A DNA stretch of 64,000 nucleotides. It comes from an uncultured Verrucomicrobiae bacterium (GTDB taxonomy: Bacteria > Chlamydiota > Chlamydiia > Chlamydiales > Rhabdochlamydiaceae). This document shows, piece after piece, positions 10,662 to 21,552 of the stretch (position 1 is the stretch's first letter; every line of letters starts with the position of its first letter). Position numbers and translations under genes: made by a program. The DNA lies in NCBI GenBank assembly GCA_963718565.1, contig OY970364.1, forward strand, positions 64,001 through 128,000, written 5' to 3'. Under the pieces are notes generated by a model, which was given only the letters and a program-made list of their open reading frames with translations, searched no databases and had not been told where the DNA came from.

Positions 10662-11960
10662 TTAAACCCTCTTTTTACGAATTTGTTCCAAAATCTTGTC
10701 AGCCATCTCTAAACTGATCTCAGGAATTTTAGCTAATTGATCTGCTGTTGCGTTCAAGACTTTACGCGGAGTATCAAAACCAGCGCTGATCAAGCTTTCT
10801 ATGATCATCCTGTCGAGAGCTCTATTCTCCCCGCCCAGGCTGATCCCCTCAATGGAAAGTTTTTCATCCAGTGTCGGATCTTCACTTAAGGCGAGCTGTG
10901 CTCCTTCGATATTCATTGCGGCTTGATATTGGCTCATCTTTTGCACTTGAAGCTCGACTTCAGCGAGTTCTCCGTTGAGACGGGCGTTCATGCCGCGTTT
11001 GCCCAGAGCTGCAGGATAATCTTCGTCATTGACGATGATGTTGATCGTCGATCTGTCTTCGCTGATGAACATCTTCTTAATTTCGATCGGCTGCATTGCA
11101 TTTTGCAAAAGCACAGCAGGATCTTCAGCGTAGGGGATGATGTCGATCTTTTCGTTATTGAGCTCACGGATGATGTTCTTTACGCGATTGCCGCGAATTC
11201 CTACACAGGCGCCGACAGGATCAACTTTTGGATCTTGGGAGCGTACAGCGACTTTAGTGCGATATCCAGCGTCGCGAACGATTTTTTCAATTATGATCGT
11301 TCCATCGCTAATTTCTGGAACCTCTTGAATGAAAAGCTGGGCAACGAATTCAGGATGGCTGCGGGACAGGATGACTTCAGCCCCTCCGTTTTCAGTATCT
11401 CGAACTTCTAGCAATAGCGCTTGGACGCGATCGCCAACATTGTATTTTTCTGTTTTTGGGTAAAAGCGGTCGGGCATGATCGCTTCTACTTTCCCCAAAT
11501 CGACAATGAGCGTGGCCCCGCGAATGATGCGCTTCACGGTTCCGGAGATAATCTCATTGATACGGTGACGATATTCTTCGTAAATGACATCGCGTTCTGC
11601 ACTGCGCAACTTCTGCGAGATGACTTGCCGTGCAGTTTGCGCAGCAATTCTTCCGAAATCTTGAGGTGTTACGGCAATGTCGACCCAAGACCCGATTTCG
11701 CAATTAGGATTGATTTTTCGAGCTTCTTCCAAGGAAATCTCTTCTTCGGGAATCGTCACTTTATCGACGACCTCTTTTTGAGCGATGACATCGATATTGC
11801 CCGTTTTCGGATTGATAGAAACGGAAACATTGATGTGTCCTTTGACGCTTTTACGAGCGGCAGCGCGCAAGGACTCTTCAACCGCAGAAATAATGACTTC
11901 CCGTTTGATTCCTTTTTCTCTTTCGAGGTATTCAAAAATGGCAACTAGATCTTTATTCAT
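10662..11960 (-). CDS. nusA: Transcription termination/antitermination factor NusA
   Basis: Motifs FGRIAAQTARQ, RDAGYRTKVAV and DPVGACVG. Confidence 0.97.
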   Translation of the reverse strand: MNKDLVAIFEYLEREKGIKREVIISAVEESLRAAARKSVKGHINVSVSINPKTGNIDVIAQKEVVDKVTIPEEEISLEEARKINPNCEIGSWVDIAVTPQDFGRIAAQTARQVISQKLRSAERDVIYEEYRHRINEIISGTVKRIIRGATLIVDLGKVEAIMPDRFYPKTEKYNVGDRVQALLLEVRDTENGGAEVILSRSHPEFVAQLFIQEVPEISDGTIIIEKIVRDAGYRTKVAVRSQDPKVDPVGACVGIRGNRVKNIIRELNNEKIDIIPYAEDPAVLLQNAMQPIEIKKMFISEDRSTINIIVNDEDYPAALGKRGMNARLNGELAEVELQVQKMSQYQAAMNIEGAQLALSEDPTLDEKLSIEGISLGGENRALDRMIIESLISAGFDTPRKVLNATADQLAKIPEISLEMADKILEQIRKKRV

Positions 11961-11966
11961 CTTTAA

Positions 11967-13742
11967 TTATTCCGTCGAACCTTCTTCGGATTCTTTGTCT
12001 TTTTCTTTATTTTGTTTTTCTTTGGCTTTCTTGCTTGGGGTCCGAGTTTTTGCATTGCCAACAACAATGTCATCGTGATTGACTTTGTTTTTATCTATGA
12101 GATATTCTTTGATTGAAAGCGCGATTTTTTTGTGCTCTGGGTCGAGTTTAATCACTTTTGCAGTGACCTCTTCGCCTTTGTTGACGACATCTTCCACTTT
12201 GCCAAAGGGTTGATCGGAAAGTTCTGTCACATGGACAAGGGCTTCAATGCCATTAGGCAATTCTACAAAAGCGCCGAAGGCGGTGATTTTAGAAACGATG
12301 CCTTTGACAAGAGTACCGACAGGCATTGTCTTTTCAATACTTTCCCAGGGATTAAGGCTGAGCTGTTTTACCCCAAGGGTAATTTTTTTGCTTTCTTTGT
12401 CGACCGAGAGGACAACGGCTTCTACCTTATCTCCCTTTTTGAGGACTTCAGAAGGGTGGGAAACCTTTTTGATCCAGCTCAAGTCGGAAATATGAATCAG
12501 TCCATCGATGCCGGGCTCGAGTTCGACAAAAGCGCCGTAGTTTGTCAAATTGCGAATTTCTGCAGTGACGCTGCTGCCAACAGGATATTTTTTCTCAACT
12601 TCGTCCCAAGGGTTCTTTTCTGTTTGTTTTAAACCAAGAGAGATTTTCCCTTCTTCTTTTTGGACAGAGAGAACAACAGCTTCGACTTCATCGCCTTTAT
12701 TGACGATTTCATTGGGGTCAGTGACTGTTTTTACCCAGGACATTTCTGAGACGTGGATAAGGCCTTCGATGCCAGGTTCAATTTCGATAAAAGCGCCATA
12801 GGGCACAAGATTGACGATTTTACCACGGATACGGGTCCCTGGAGGATAACGCTGTTCGATCTCTTCCCAAGGATTGGACTCTTTTTGCTTCATACCCAAG
12901 GCAACGCGCCCTTTTTCTTTGTCAACATGGAGGATCATCACCTCGAGCTCTTGGCCAAGTCCGACCATTTCAGAAGGATGCTTGATCCGTTTCCAGGTCA
13001 TGTCTGTAATGTGGAGGAGCCCATCGATGCCATCTAAATCCAAGAACACGCCAAAGTCTGTGATATTTTTGACAACTCCGCGACGGATATCACCTTCGAC
13101 GATATTTTCAAGGAGCTCTGCTTTGCGGGAGATGCGCTCTTCTTCGAGAAGTTCACGGCGAGAAACAACGATGTTTTTGCGCTCTGTATTAATTTTGAGG
13201 ATTTTAAAATCATAAGTTTGGCCGATGAACTCATCGAGATTTTTAATGCGCTTGTTATCGATCTGGGAGCCAGGGAGGAATGCTTCCATTCCGATATCGA
13301 CCATGAGCCCGCCTTTAACTTTGCGGATCACTTTACCTTTGACAATCGATCCTTCTTTACAGTGGTTGACAATGTATTCCCATTGTCTTTGGCGGCGAGC
13401 TTTTTCACGGGAAAGCACAATTTGCCCATCTTCGCCTTCGGTTTGGTCAAGATAGACTTCGACTTCATGGCTGAGAGAAAGTTCATTGGGTTCGATAAAC
13501 TCATTAATCGGCACCAAACCCTCAGATTTCAAACCGACGTCGACAACGACGAAATCTTTTGTAATCTCGACGATGCACCCTTTGAGGATTTGACCCGAAC
13601 TCATCAATGCGAGAGAGCCTTCGCCAGCCGCTTCCTCTTTACGGTCGAGTAGGTTTTTAAACTGTTTAGCGTCTTCTTCTTGGAATGCGACATCATCAAT
13701 AATGTTGCTTTCATTCCAGTCGGTTTGTTTCTGTTTGGACAT
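11967..13742 (-). CDS. rpsA: 30S ribosomal protein S1
   Basis: Six S1 repeats (FGVFLDL, YGAFIEI, YGAFVEL, FGAFVEL). Confidence 0.98.
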   Translation of the reverse strand: MSKQKQTDWNESNIIDDVAFQEEDAKQFKNLLDRKEEAAGEGSLALMSSGQILKGCIVEITKDFVVVDVGLKSEGLVPINEFIEPNELSLSHEVEVYLDQTEGEDGQIVLSREKARRQRQWEYIVNHCKEGSIVKGKVIRKVKGGLMVDIGMEAFLPGSQIDNKRIKNLDEFIGQTYDFKILKINTERKNIVVSRRELLEEERISRKAELLENIVEGDIRRGVVKNITDFGVFLDLDGIDGLLHITDMTWKRIKHPSEMVGLGQELEVMILHVDKEKGRVALGMKQKESNPWEEIEQRYPPGTRIRGKIVNLVPYGAFIEIEPGIEGLIHVSEMSWVKTVTDPNEIVNKGDEVEAVVLSVQKEEGKISLGLKQTEKNPWDEVEKKYPVGSSVTAEIRNLTNYGAFVELEPGIDGLIHISDLSWIKKVSHPSEVLKKGDKVEAVVLSVDKESKKITLGVKQLSLNPWESIEKTMPVGTLVKGIVSKITAFGAFVELPNGIEALVHVTELSDQPFGKVEDVVNKGEEVTAKVIKLDPEHKKIALSIKEYLIDKNKVNHDDIVVGNAKTRTPSKKAKEKQNKEKDKESEEGSTE

Positions 13743-13845
13743 GTTAAAGGTTTCTCCTGAGTTTCAAGTGAAAGGGGAGAGATTATCAAAAGATTCGTAA
13801 TATTATCAATGACAAACTTAAGAACATAATGATATCATAATTCTT

Positions 13846-14640
13846 ATGAACTATCAAGAGACCATTGTTTTAAAATTCGGTGGAGCCTCCGTAGCCAACA
13901 CTCAACAGTTTTCAAAAATTGCAGAAATTATTTTAAACAAAAGTCTACAGTATCAGGTCGTTGTTGTCGTGAGTGCGATGGGAGACACCACCAATCAACT
14001 TCTTTCTCTGGCAAGGAGCGTTCATCCTAATCCTCCTCCGCGCGAGCAAGACATGCTTGTTAGCGTGGGGGAAAGAGTGAGTATGTCCCTCCTCGCTATG
14101 GCCTTGCATCTTAAAGATAAAGAAGCGATCAGCTTTACCGGAAGCCAGTCCGGCATTATCACTTCTGCAAAGCATTCGGATGCGCAGGTCATCGACGTAA
14201 AGCCTCACCGCATTCTTGAATCCCTTGGTAAGGGAAAAGTTGTCATTGTCGCCGGATTTCAGGGGGTTAGCAAAGAGGGGGAGATCACGACACTTGGTCG
14301 CGGGGGATCCGATACGACAGCTGTGGCCTTGGGTATAGCACTTGGGGCAACAAGCGTAGAGTTTTATAAGGATGTTGAAGGAGTCTATTCGGAAGATCCA
14401 AAGAAAGACCCCAGGGCGGTCTTGTTTCCTTATTTGTCTTTTGAAGAAGCGATTGAAATCGTGGAACGCGGAGCCAAAGTGCTTCATCCAAGATGTATTC
14501 GACTGGCTGCAAAGAACGGTCTGCCCTTAAAGATACTCTCTTTTTACGACCCGATGATGCGCTATCATTCAGGAACTTTGATCGGCCGGCCTGCTGAAAT
14601 TAGAGAAAATTCCTCTATTTTTGAAGGAAACAATGGATAA
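13846..14640 (+). CDS. lysC: Aspartate kinase (catalytic domain only, no ACT domains)
   Basis: Motifs VLKFGGASV, VVVSAMG, TTLGRGGSDTTA and GAKVLHPR; 264 aa. Confidence 0.88.
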   Translation: MNYQETIVLKFGGASVANTQQFSKIAEIILNKSLQYQVVVVVSAMGDTTNQLLSLARSVHPNPPPREQDMLVSVGERVSMSLLAMALHLKDKEAISFTGSQSGIITSAKHSDAQVIDVKPHRILESLGKGKVVIVAGFQGVSKEGEITTLGRGGSDTTAVALGIALGATSVEFYKDVEGVYSEDPKKDPRAVLFPYLSFEEAIEIVERGAKVLHPRCIRLAAKNGLPLKILSFYDPMMRYHSGTLIGRPAEIRENSSIFEGNNG

Positions 14641-16585
14641 TGCAACGCTGCAAGCAAAAGGCTTGCCGAGGGTTTCATGCGTTTTCGACGACGATCAAAA
14701 TAGTCCTCATAGCCTTCTCTACAGCGGCTCAATTCGCAACACTTTAATGAAGTTGCTTCCCTCTGATTTTTTTTTCTCAGAGGAAGTAGATGAGGGGCTT
14801 GCTTTAGAGTTCAACCGCCTCCTGCCTATTTTGAAATGGATAGAATGGGGGGATCAAAATCAGTATATATCAATTTTTTTACTCTGTCGACATCGTGTGA
14901 ACGGAGTGAAATTTTTTTATGAAATGATCAGTCGCTGGTTGCTTCCTGGAAAGAGACCGAATATCTGCTCTTTTTTCGCAACGGATTTTAGATTCCCGGA
15001 TCTCACGAATGAGACATTTACGATCTGCGAAGCTGTGATTTCTTTTGATAACTCTCTGGACAAAGAAGTGACACGCCATCAGCTTCCCGTTCTTGAAAGC
15101 GAGATACGCTTAGGATTGATTTCTGTTTATCATGCCAGCCGTATTTTGGAGATTAAGGGTTTGTCCGCGGATGAAAAGACGTCGATCATCCAAGAAAGAA
15201 TTGTTTCTTTGCTCGAAAGGCGTCCGCGCGATTTTGACCACGATATTTTCATGCAAATGCAGCATTTTTTAGTGATGTGTACCGAAGAATTCAAAGCAAT
15301 TCGCGAACATGCGCATATGAGTCGTATCATCTATGTGTTTTATCTTTTTCGCAAAATCTTGAAAAACCAGATGGAAAAATTTCCAACGCAACGTTTCATT
15401 CATGTGAAATTGAGCAAGACTTATTTACATCTTCCGTTTGGTATGAGAAAGGTGCTCGGCATTTTCATTGCGGTGAACCTGCAAGGAGATAATGAACTTT
15501 TCGAGGAGCGTCATATCGGCGTGGTTTTGCTCAATCAATTTCCGAAATTGTCTATTGTCAATGATTCTTTCTTTTCACGTTCCTCCAAAGAGGAGCATAT
15601 CCAATTGTTTTATGTGGAGGTCGACAAAGAAGATGGAACAGGTTTTTCTCTTGAGGAAATGAAACAAATTAAAGAACGGCTTCCTGAAGAAATTAGAAAC
15701 GGCATCGAAAAAGTGATGCGTCCCTTGTTTATGCCTCGGAATGAAGAAGAAGTCATGCGCAATATTATTATTCTCTCTAACCAATTAAAATTTTCTCGTG
15801 ATTTACCCCAAGTAGTGATTGCTTTTGACGAACAAACCGAAGGCGAGCTCGGCTTCACCGTGATTTGGATGAGAGTCTTAAAATCCTCCGATGCCGCTCT
15901 TCAAGAAACGTTTGAGCGCAGCGAGACTTTTTTGAAGTTCATTCCCGATCGCATGAAACAAGTCGGTTTTTTGCGTAAAAAATACCCAAAAGAGGTCACT
16001 GTATTTAGAGTGAAACTTGCTGCTTCTGTTTTTGTGCGAGCCGACCACTCCGTTGATCTCCTTAAGGCGCGTCAAGCGATCGTGCAGGAGTTGCAGCGCC
16101 TTTTAGGGGAATTCCGAGATTACAATGGGGGAATGATTGCAAAACAACATGAGCAATTTCTTTCTTTGAGAAGTTTGTTTTCTTCTTTAGACCGAAAAGA
16201 AGAACTTCTTTTAGAAAACTTCTTCCATTCGATTTTTCCTATCGAGTTGCGAAGCGTGTTCAATCCGCAGTTATTAAAAAAATTATTTTCCATGTTTTTA
16301 GAAGGCATACAAAAAAACAAGGAAACGGGTGGGAAGGAGGGTGTTTTCTTAAAAAACAGTAATCACCTTGGCTCTTATCTTTTGATCACTTACAATCAAC
16401 CCGTTTATAAGGAACGGGTTATCGAATGTATACAGGTGCTGCAAATTCCTTCTTCACAGCTTCTTACGTTGTCACTGCACATTTCTGAAACTTCTTATTT
16501 AGGTTTTATTTATTTGGAGGAAAACAGTGAAAAACGGGATAATTTTTTAAAAGGAATTGCCCATGCAACAGAAATTATCCATTAA
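14633..16585 (+). CDS. Conserved hypothetical protein
   Basis: ~650-aa ORF overlapping lysC and rpe at its ends; no recognised motif. Confidence 0.75.
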   Translation: MDNATLQAKGLPRVSCVFDDDQNSPHSLLYSGSIRNTLMKLLPSDFFFSEEVDEGLALEFNRLLPILKWIEWGDQNQYISIFLLCRHRVNGVKFFYEMISRWLLPGKRPNICSFFATDFRFPDLTNETFTICEAVISFDNSLDKEVTRHQLPVLESEIRLGLISVYHASRILEIKGLSADEKTSIIQERIVSLLERRPRDFDHDIFMQMQHFLVMCTEEFKAIREHAHMSRIIYVFYLFRKILKNQMEKFPTQRFIHVKLSKTYLHLPFGMRKVLGIFIAVNLQGDNELFEERHIGVVLLNQFPKLSIVNDSFFSRSSKEEHIQLFYVEVDKEDGTGFSLEEMKQIKERLPEEIRNGIEKVMRPLFMPRNEEEVMRNIIILSNQLKFSRDLPQVVIAFDEQTEGELGFTVIWMRVLKSSDAALQETFERSETFLKFIPDRMKQVGFLRKKYPKEVTVFRVKLAASVFVRADHSVDLLKARQAIVQELQRLLGEFRDYNGGMIAKQHEQFLSLRSLFSSLDRKEELLLENFFHSIFPIELRSVFNPQLLKKLFSMFLEGIQKNKETGGKEGVFLKNSNHLGSYLLITYNQPVYKERVIECIQVLQIPSSQLLTLSLHISETSYLGFIYLEENSEKRDNFLKGIAHATEIIH

Positions 16586-17291
16586 AGTCGAACCTTCGCT
16601 ACTTTCTGCCGATTTTGGCAAGCTAGCGGAAGAAGCGAAACATGCGGAAGAGGCGGGCGCTGATGCCTTGCATATTGATATCATGGACGGGCACTTTGTT
16701 CCGAACTTGACCCTCGGGCCTCGCGCTGTAGCCGCTGTCAATCGGGTGACTTCTCTCTTTCTCGACGTCCATTTAATGATTTATAATCCGTTCGATTACA
16801 TCGAACGCTTTGTCGAGGCTGGAGCTGACCGGATTACTTTTCACATAGAAGCGACGGAGGCCGTCGAGGATACGTTGAACTATATCCGTCGCTGTGGAAT
16901 CGAAGCTGGACTCGCATTTTGTCCTGAAACAAGCGAATCCTTGATCCCAAAGTATCTCGATAAATGCGATTTAGTTTTGCTGATGACAGTCAATCCGGGT
17001 TTTGGCGGGCAGGATTTCATTCCTGAAGTTCTTCATAAAATTCAATTCACGCGAGAAGTTTGTTCTCGGCTCAATATTCGAAAAGGAGGCAAAGTTCCTC
17101 AAGCGGACAAAAAAACAGCGGCAGATTTTACCCCTCCCTTCGATATCCAGGTAGATGGGGGGATCAATGGGGAAATGGCAAAAAAATGTATCGAAGCTGG
17201 CGCGAATGTCCTGGTCTCTGGAACCTACTTATATACTGTACCAAGTATGCGTGATGCCATTGTGCAAATCAAACAAATGGGAAAGGGATAG
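16557..17291 (+). CDS. rpe: Ribulose-phosphate 3-epimerase
   Basis: Motifs PSLLSADF, HIDIMDGHFVPN, MTVNPGFGGQ and VDGGIN. Confidence 0.96.
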   Translation: MPMQQKLSIKVEPSLLSADFGKLAEEAKHAEEAGADALHIDIMDGHFVPNLTLGPRAVAAVNRVTSLFLDVHLMIYNPFDYIERFVEAGADRITFHIEATEAVEDTLNYIRRCGIEAGLAFCPETSESLIPKYLDKCDLVLLMTVNPGFGGQDFIPEVLHKIQFTREVCSRLNIRKGGKVPQADKKTAADFTPPFDIQVDGGINGEMAKKCIEAGANVLVSGTYLYTVPSMRDAIVQIKQMGKG

Positions 17292-17293
17292 AC

Positions 17294-18256
17294 ATGAAAA
17301 AGATTGTCGTCATTGGGGGAGGAACAGGCAATTTCGCTGTTTTAAGGGGACTAAGAAATTATGAAGTGGATTTAAGTGCAATCGTTTCAATGGCCGACGA
17401 TGGCGGAAGCACAGGGATTTTGCGCGACGAGCTCGGTGTTTTGCCTCCGGGTGATGTGCGTCAATGCCTAGTAGCGCTTTCTAATTCTTCACATATGATG
17501 CGTTCTCTGATGAACTATCGTTTTGAAAACGGCGGCCTAGAAGGACATAGCTTTGGTAATTTGCTTCTCTCGGCGCTCGAAAAAGTGACCGGAAGTTTTG
17601 AGAAGGCTGTCGAAGAGATGGGCAAGATTCTCTTTATAAAAGGAAAAGTGATTCCTGTAACCACTCACGAGGTGCGTTTAAAAATGCTCCTCAACAATCG
17701 TCGCCTTTTAGAAGGAGAAAAAGAAGTTTATCTTTCTCAAGAGATCGATCAGGGATATAAAAGTATTTACTTGGAACCCTTCCCAAAGGCCAATCCTCAT
17801 GCCATCGATGAAATTATGAATTCAGATATGATCGTTATGGGGCCTGGTGGATTACATACGTCTTTGATCCCTAACCTTCTCGTCGAAGGAGTGAGTGAGG
17901 CGCTTCGAAACTCTCAAGCAAAGAAAACCTTTGTTGTGAACTTGATGAACAGAAAAGGGCAGACTACAGGGTTTAAAGTCGGTGATTATCTCAAAGAAAT
18001 TAATCACTTTATCGGCGAAGATATCTTTGATTTCATTTTAGTCAATAGCCAAAAGCCCTCCGAGGAATTAATCGAGGTCTACGCTGAAGAGGGGGAGTTC
18101 GTCGAAAATGACCTTTTTGAAGACCGGGTCATTTTTACGACATTGCTAGGAGAACCTAAGGAAACACCGAAAAAGGATTTGCTCAAACGCAACCTGATCC
18201 GTCACGATTCGAAAAAATTAGCTCAGGAGTTAATGAAGATTGTTAATCATCTTTGA
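17294..18256 (+). CDS. yvcK: YvcK/CofD-like gluconeogenesis factor
   Basis: Motifs IGGGTG, DDGGSTG.LR, PPGDVR, GHSFGNL, GPG and RHD. Confidence 0.9.
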   Translation: MKKIVVIGGGTGNFAVLRGLRNYEVDLSAIVSMADDGGSTGILRDELGVLPPGDVRQCLVALSNSSHMMRSLMNYRFENGGLEGHSFGNLLLSALEKVTGSFEKAVEEMGKILFIKGKVIPVTTHEVRLKMLLNNRRLLEGEKEVYLSQEIDQGYKSIYLEPFPKANPHAIDEIMNSDMIVMGPGGLHTSLIPNLLVEGVSEALRNSQAKKTFVVNLMNRKGQTTGFKVGDYLKEINHFIGEDIFDFILVNSQKPSEELIEVYAEEGEFVENDLFEDRVIFTTLLGEPKETPKKDLLKRNLIRHDSKKLAQELMKIVNHL

Positions 18257-18941
18257 TCTTGATGATACTTTGATCGACACATCGGGATGCATCACGCACT
18301 TCAAACTCGAAGATGCTTTAAATGCGATGGTGCGTGCAGGGTTTACTGTTTCCGATTTTCCTACAGCTCTTGAACTTCTGCGAAGACTCAACAGCACATC
18401 CGATAGTGCCCGGTCGGCAATCGCTGAATTTGTGGAAATTTTAGGTGGAGATAAATCTTTTTTTGAAATCGGTGTTAAAGAAGCTTATGAAAATATTCCT
18501 TCCGATTTGCCGGTCTTTCCTTTAGAAGGTGCTATTGAAATACTTACGGAATTGGGTGGCCAGCACCAGCTTGCCTTAGTGACAATCGGCAAGCCAATTC
18601 TGCAAATGGACAAAATGAAAAAAGCTGGTATAGATTCTCGAATTTTTAGTAAAATCGCTGTGACCGAAGAGAAAAACAAAAAGCCTCATTATCAGATGAT
18701 TATGGATGAGCTCGGATACGCGTCGACGGAGGTGCTCGTCTGCGGCGATCGAATCCCGCTCGATTTAGCTCCTGCCTGGGAATTAGGATTAAAGACAGTA
18801 AGAATTCAGTGGGGGAGAGGATTGAATTCGGCTGGATATAAAGGCGAAGTAGATTATTGTATTTCAGAACTCAAAGAACTTAAAGACATTGTAAATAGTT
18901 TAATGACTTTTTCTTCATTTCGAAAGGATAGATATTTATGA
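18240..18941 (+). CDS. HAD-family hydrolase
   Basis: Motif I FDLDDTL, KP and GD...D motif IV. Confidence 0.85.
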   Translation: MLIIFDLDDTLIDTSGCITHFKLEDALNAMVRAGFTVSDFPTALELLRRLNSTSDSARSAIAEFVEILGGDKSFFEIGVKEAYENIPSDLPVFPLEGAIEILTELGGQHQLALVTIGKPILQMDKMKKAGIDSRIFSKIAVTEEKNKKPHYQMIMDELGYASTEVLVCGDRIPLDLAPAWELGLKTVRIQWGRGLNSAGYKGEVDYCISELKELKDIVNSLMTFSSFRKDRYL

Positions 18942-19495
18942 CCACAAGTAACCAATTAGCTCCAGGGATGACTCTGTCGATGGATGGAAAAATCTATCGT
19001 GTGGAATCTTGCGTTAAAGTCACTGTAGCAAAAGGGGTCCCTTTCATCAAAACCAAATTGAAAAATTTGCTTTCAGATGAAGTTGTCGAAAGAAATTTTA
19101 AACTCAATCAACCCGTCCAAGATGTTTCCATCGCGGAAAGAAAATTAGAGTATTTGTACCTTGAAGGAAAAGACTATCTTTTTTTGGACGTAGGTAATCT
19201 TGAACAAGTCTTGGTGCCTTCCCAGGTCATCGGAGACAAAGTCAATTTCCTTAAAGAAGGAATTGAACTCAAAGCGATGTTCTATGGGGAGTCGATTTTT
19301 TCTGTAGAATTGCCGCAATTTTTAGAGCTCATGGTTGTAAAAACGGAAGAGAGTGAATCCGCTGTCCATGTCGCCAACGCAACAAAACTCGCGATTCTAG
19401 AGACGGGAGCAAAGGTCGAGGTTCCGATGTTTATTGAATCAGGGGATATCATCAAAGTGGACACTCAAACAAACGAATACATACAAAGAGTCTAA
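18938..19495 (+). CDS. efp: Elongation factor P (divergent paralog type)
   Basis: Motifs LEYLY, K.AILETGA.VEVPMFI and Y..RV; lies upstream of accB. The loop reads VAKG instead of PGKG. Confidence 0.9.
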   Translation: MTTSNQLAPGMTLSMDGKIYRVESCVKVTVAKGVPFIKTKLKNLLSDEVVERNFKLNQPVQDVSIAERKLEYLYLEGKDYLFLDVGNLEQVLVPSQVIGDKVNFLKEGIELKAMFYGESIFSVELPQFLELMVVKTEESESAVHVANATKLAILETGAKVEVPMFIESGDIIKVDTQTNEYIQRV

Positions 19496-19513
19496 AAAGT
19501 CTAAGGAGGAGTT

Positions 19514-20029
19514 GTGGACCTTAAACAAATCAAGGAATTAATGACTGCGATGGAGCGTGCAGGCATTAAAAAATTGACGATCAAACAGAAAGGCGGCGAC
19601 GAACTCCATTTGGAACGTCAAGAAGAACATCCCTCTCAGCTCCATGCCCCTGTTGCCACTTTCTATCCTCCTGTTTATGCCCATCCTCCTGTTCGCGAAG
19701 CAGAAGGCTTCGCGCGGTCTGCGCCTGTTCAAAAATCTGCACATGAAGAAACGTCACCAAGTAAGGATAAGGAAAAGAAATCTGAGGAAAGTTCGGGTAA
19801 GTTCGTCACATCGCCTCTTGTCGGCACTTTTTATTCTGCCCCCTCTCCAGAGGATCCCCAGTTTGCCAAAGTCGGTGATCGCGTCGATGAAAACAGTGTC
19901 GTGTGCATCATTGAAGCGATGAAAGTGATGAACGAAGTTAAAGCGGGAGTGAGTGGAACAATTGCAGAGATTCTTGTCGACAATGCCCATCCTGTCGAAT
20001 TTGGGACAAAGCTCTTCAGAGTCGTATAG
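19514..20029 (+). CDS. accB: Acetyl-CoA carboxylase biotin carboxyl carrier protein
   Basis: Motif SPLVGTFY and EAMKVMNE biotinylation motif. Confidence 0.97.
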   Translation: MDLKQIKELMTAMERAGIKKLTIKQKGGDELHLERQEEHPSQLHAPVATFYPPVYAHPPVREAEGFARSAPVQKSAHEETSPSKDKEKKSEESSGKFVTSPLVGTFYSAPSPEDPQFAKVGDRVDENSVVCIIEAMKVMNEVKAGVSGTIAEILVDNAHPVEFGTKLFRVV

Positions 20030-20055
20030 ACTACATTATCGGATAATAAGGTGTT

Positions 20056-21426
20056 ATGCAAAAAGTATTAATTGCTAATCGCGGAGAAATTGCCGTACGC
20101 ATCATCCGAGCTTGTCACGATATGGGTTTGCAAACTGTTGCTGTCTATTCTCAAGCAGATGCTGAAGCTCTACACGTTCTCCATGCCGATGAGGCGATTT
20201 GCATTGGCGAAGCCCCTTCACAAAAATCTTACTTAAAGATCTCCAATATCCTTTCTGCCTGTGAAATTACTGGTGCTGATGCACTGCATCCCGGCTATGG
20301 TTTTTTAAGTGAAAATGCGAATTTTGCTTCGATCTGTGCAAGCTGCGGTGTTAATTTTATTGGTCCTTCTGCGGAGACTATCGCTCTTTTAGGAGATAAA
20401 GCTAAGGCCAAATCTACTGCAAAAAATGTGAAGTGCCCGATCATTCCTGGGTCCGATGGCGTCGTCGAAGATGTCAAAGAAGCGCTGAAAGAAGCTAAAC
20501 GCATTGGCTTTCCTATATTCATCAAAGCATCTGCTGGGGGCGGAGGAAAAGGAATACGCATTGCCTATGATCCTGAAGAATTTGTCAGACAGTTTTCCGC
20601 GGCACGGGCTGAAGCAGAAGTCAGTTTTAACAACCCCGATGTCTATCTCGAAAAGATGATTGTCAATCCGCGCCATATCGAGGTGCAGATTATTGGGGAC
20701 AAACATGGCAATTATGCCTATCTTGGAGAAAGAGATTGCACGATCCAACGCCGCCGTCAAAAACTGATTGAAGAAGCTCCTAGTCCGATTTTAACGTCTT
20801 CATTACGAAAAAAAATCTGTGAAGCAGCTGTTGAAATCGCCCGGGCGGCTAAATACCATTCTGTGGGCACTGTCGAATTTTTGCTGGATGGAGATCGTAA
20901 CTTTTATTTCATGGAAGTCAACACTCGGGTCCAAGTTGAACATACAATTACCGAAGAATTGACGGGGATCGATCTTGTCAAAGAGCAGATCAAGATTGCC
21001 ATAGGAGAAAAACTCAAGTTCAAGCAAAAGGACATCGCATTTAAAGGCCATATTATTCAACTTCGCATCAATGCGGAAAATCCTGCGAATAACTTTGCTC
21101 CCTCCCCGGGCAATTTAGAATATTATATTCCCCCTGGAGGGCCACACGTCAGAATCGATAGCGCCTGCTACTCAGGTTATCGCATTCCTCCCAATTATGA
21201 TTCGATGATTGCCAAGCTGATCGTGATGGGAAAAGATCGTGCAGAAGCGATTGCCATCGCCAAACGAGCTTTGCGGGAGTTTCACATTGGCGGTGTTTAC
21301 TCCACAATTCCTTTTCATCAATACATGCTGGACGACCCTAAGTTTCTCAGCAACGACTATGTCATCAATTACATCGATCAGCTGATTCTCGAAGGGTGCA
21401 CATTTACTCCCAATAAAAGCAATTAA
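20056..21426 (+). CDS. accC: Acetyl-CoA carboxylase biotin carboxylase
   Basis: Motifs LIANRGEIA, HPGYGFLSEN, GGGGKG and EVNTRVQVEH. Confidence 0.97.
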   Translation: MQKVLIANRGEIAVRIIRACHDMGLQTVAVYSQADAEALHVLHADEAICIGEAPSQKSYLKISNILSACEITGADALHPGYGFLSENANFASICASCGVNFIGPSAETIALLGDKAKAKSTAKNVKCPIIPGSDGVVEDVKEALKEAKRIGFPIFIKASAGGGGKGIRIAYDPEEFVRQFSAARAEAEVSFNNPDVYLEKMIVNPRHIEVQIIGDKHGNYAYLGERDCTIQRRRQKLIEEAPSPILTSSLRKKICEAAVEIARAAKYHSVGTVEFLLDGDRNFYFMEVNTRVQVEHTITEELTGIDLVKEQIKIAIGEKLKFKQKDIAFKGHIIQLRINAENPANNFAPSPGNLEYYIPPGGPHVRIDSACYSGYRIPPNYDSMIAKLIVMGKDRAEAIAIAKRALREFHIGGVYSTIPFHQYMLDDPKFLSNDYVINYIDQLILEGCTFTPNKSN

Positions 21427-21478
21427 AGAACCAATTCTGGGCGTAATTAAAAATGTTGAGGTTGGGTGCTTGAAGCTG

Positions 21479-21539
21479 GCCTCCATTTCATATGTCGGAA
21501 ACACGCCAGCGCCGTGTTTCCGACATATGAAATGGAGGC
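21479..21539. repeat. Perfect 27-bp inverted repeat with 7-nt loop between convergent genes
   Basis: gcctccatttcatatgtcggaaacacg-ccagcgc-cgtgtttccgacatatgaaatggaggc. Confidence 0.9.
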
Positions 21540-21552
21540 ATTACTTCAATGC

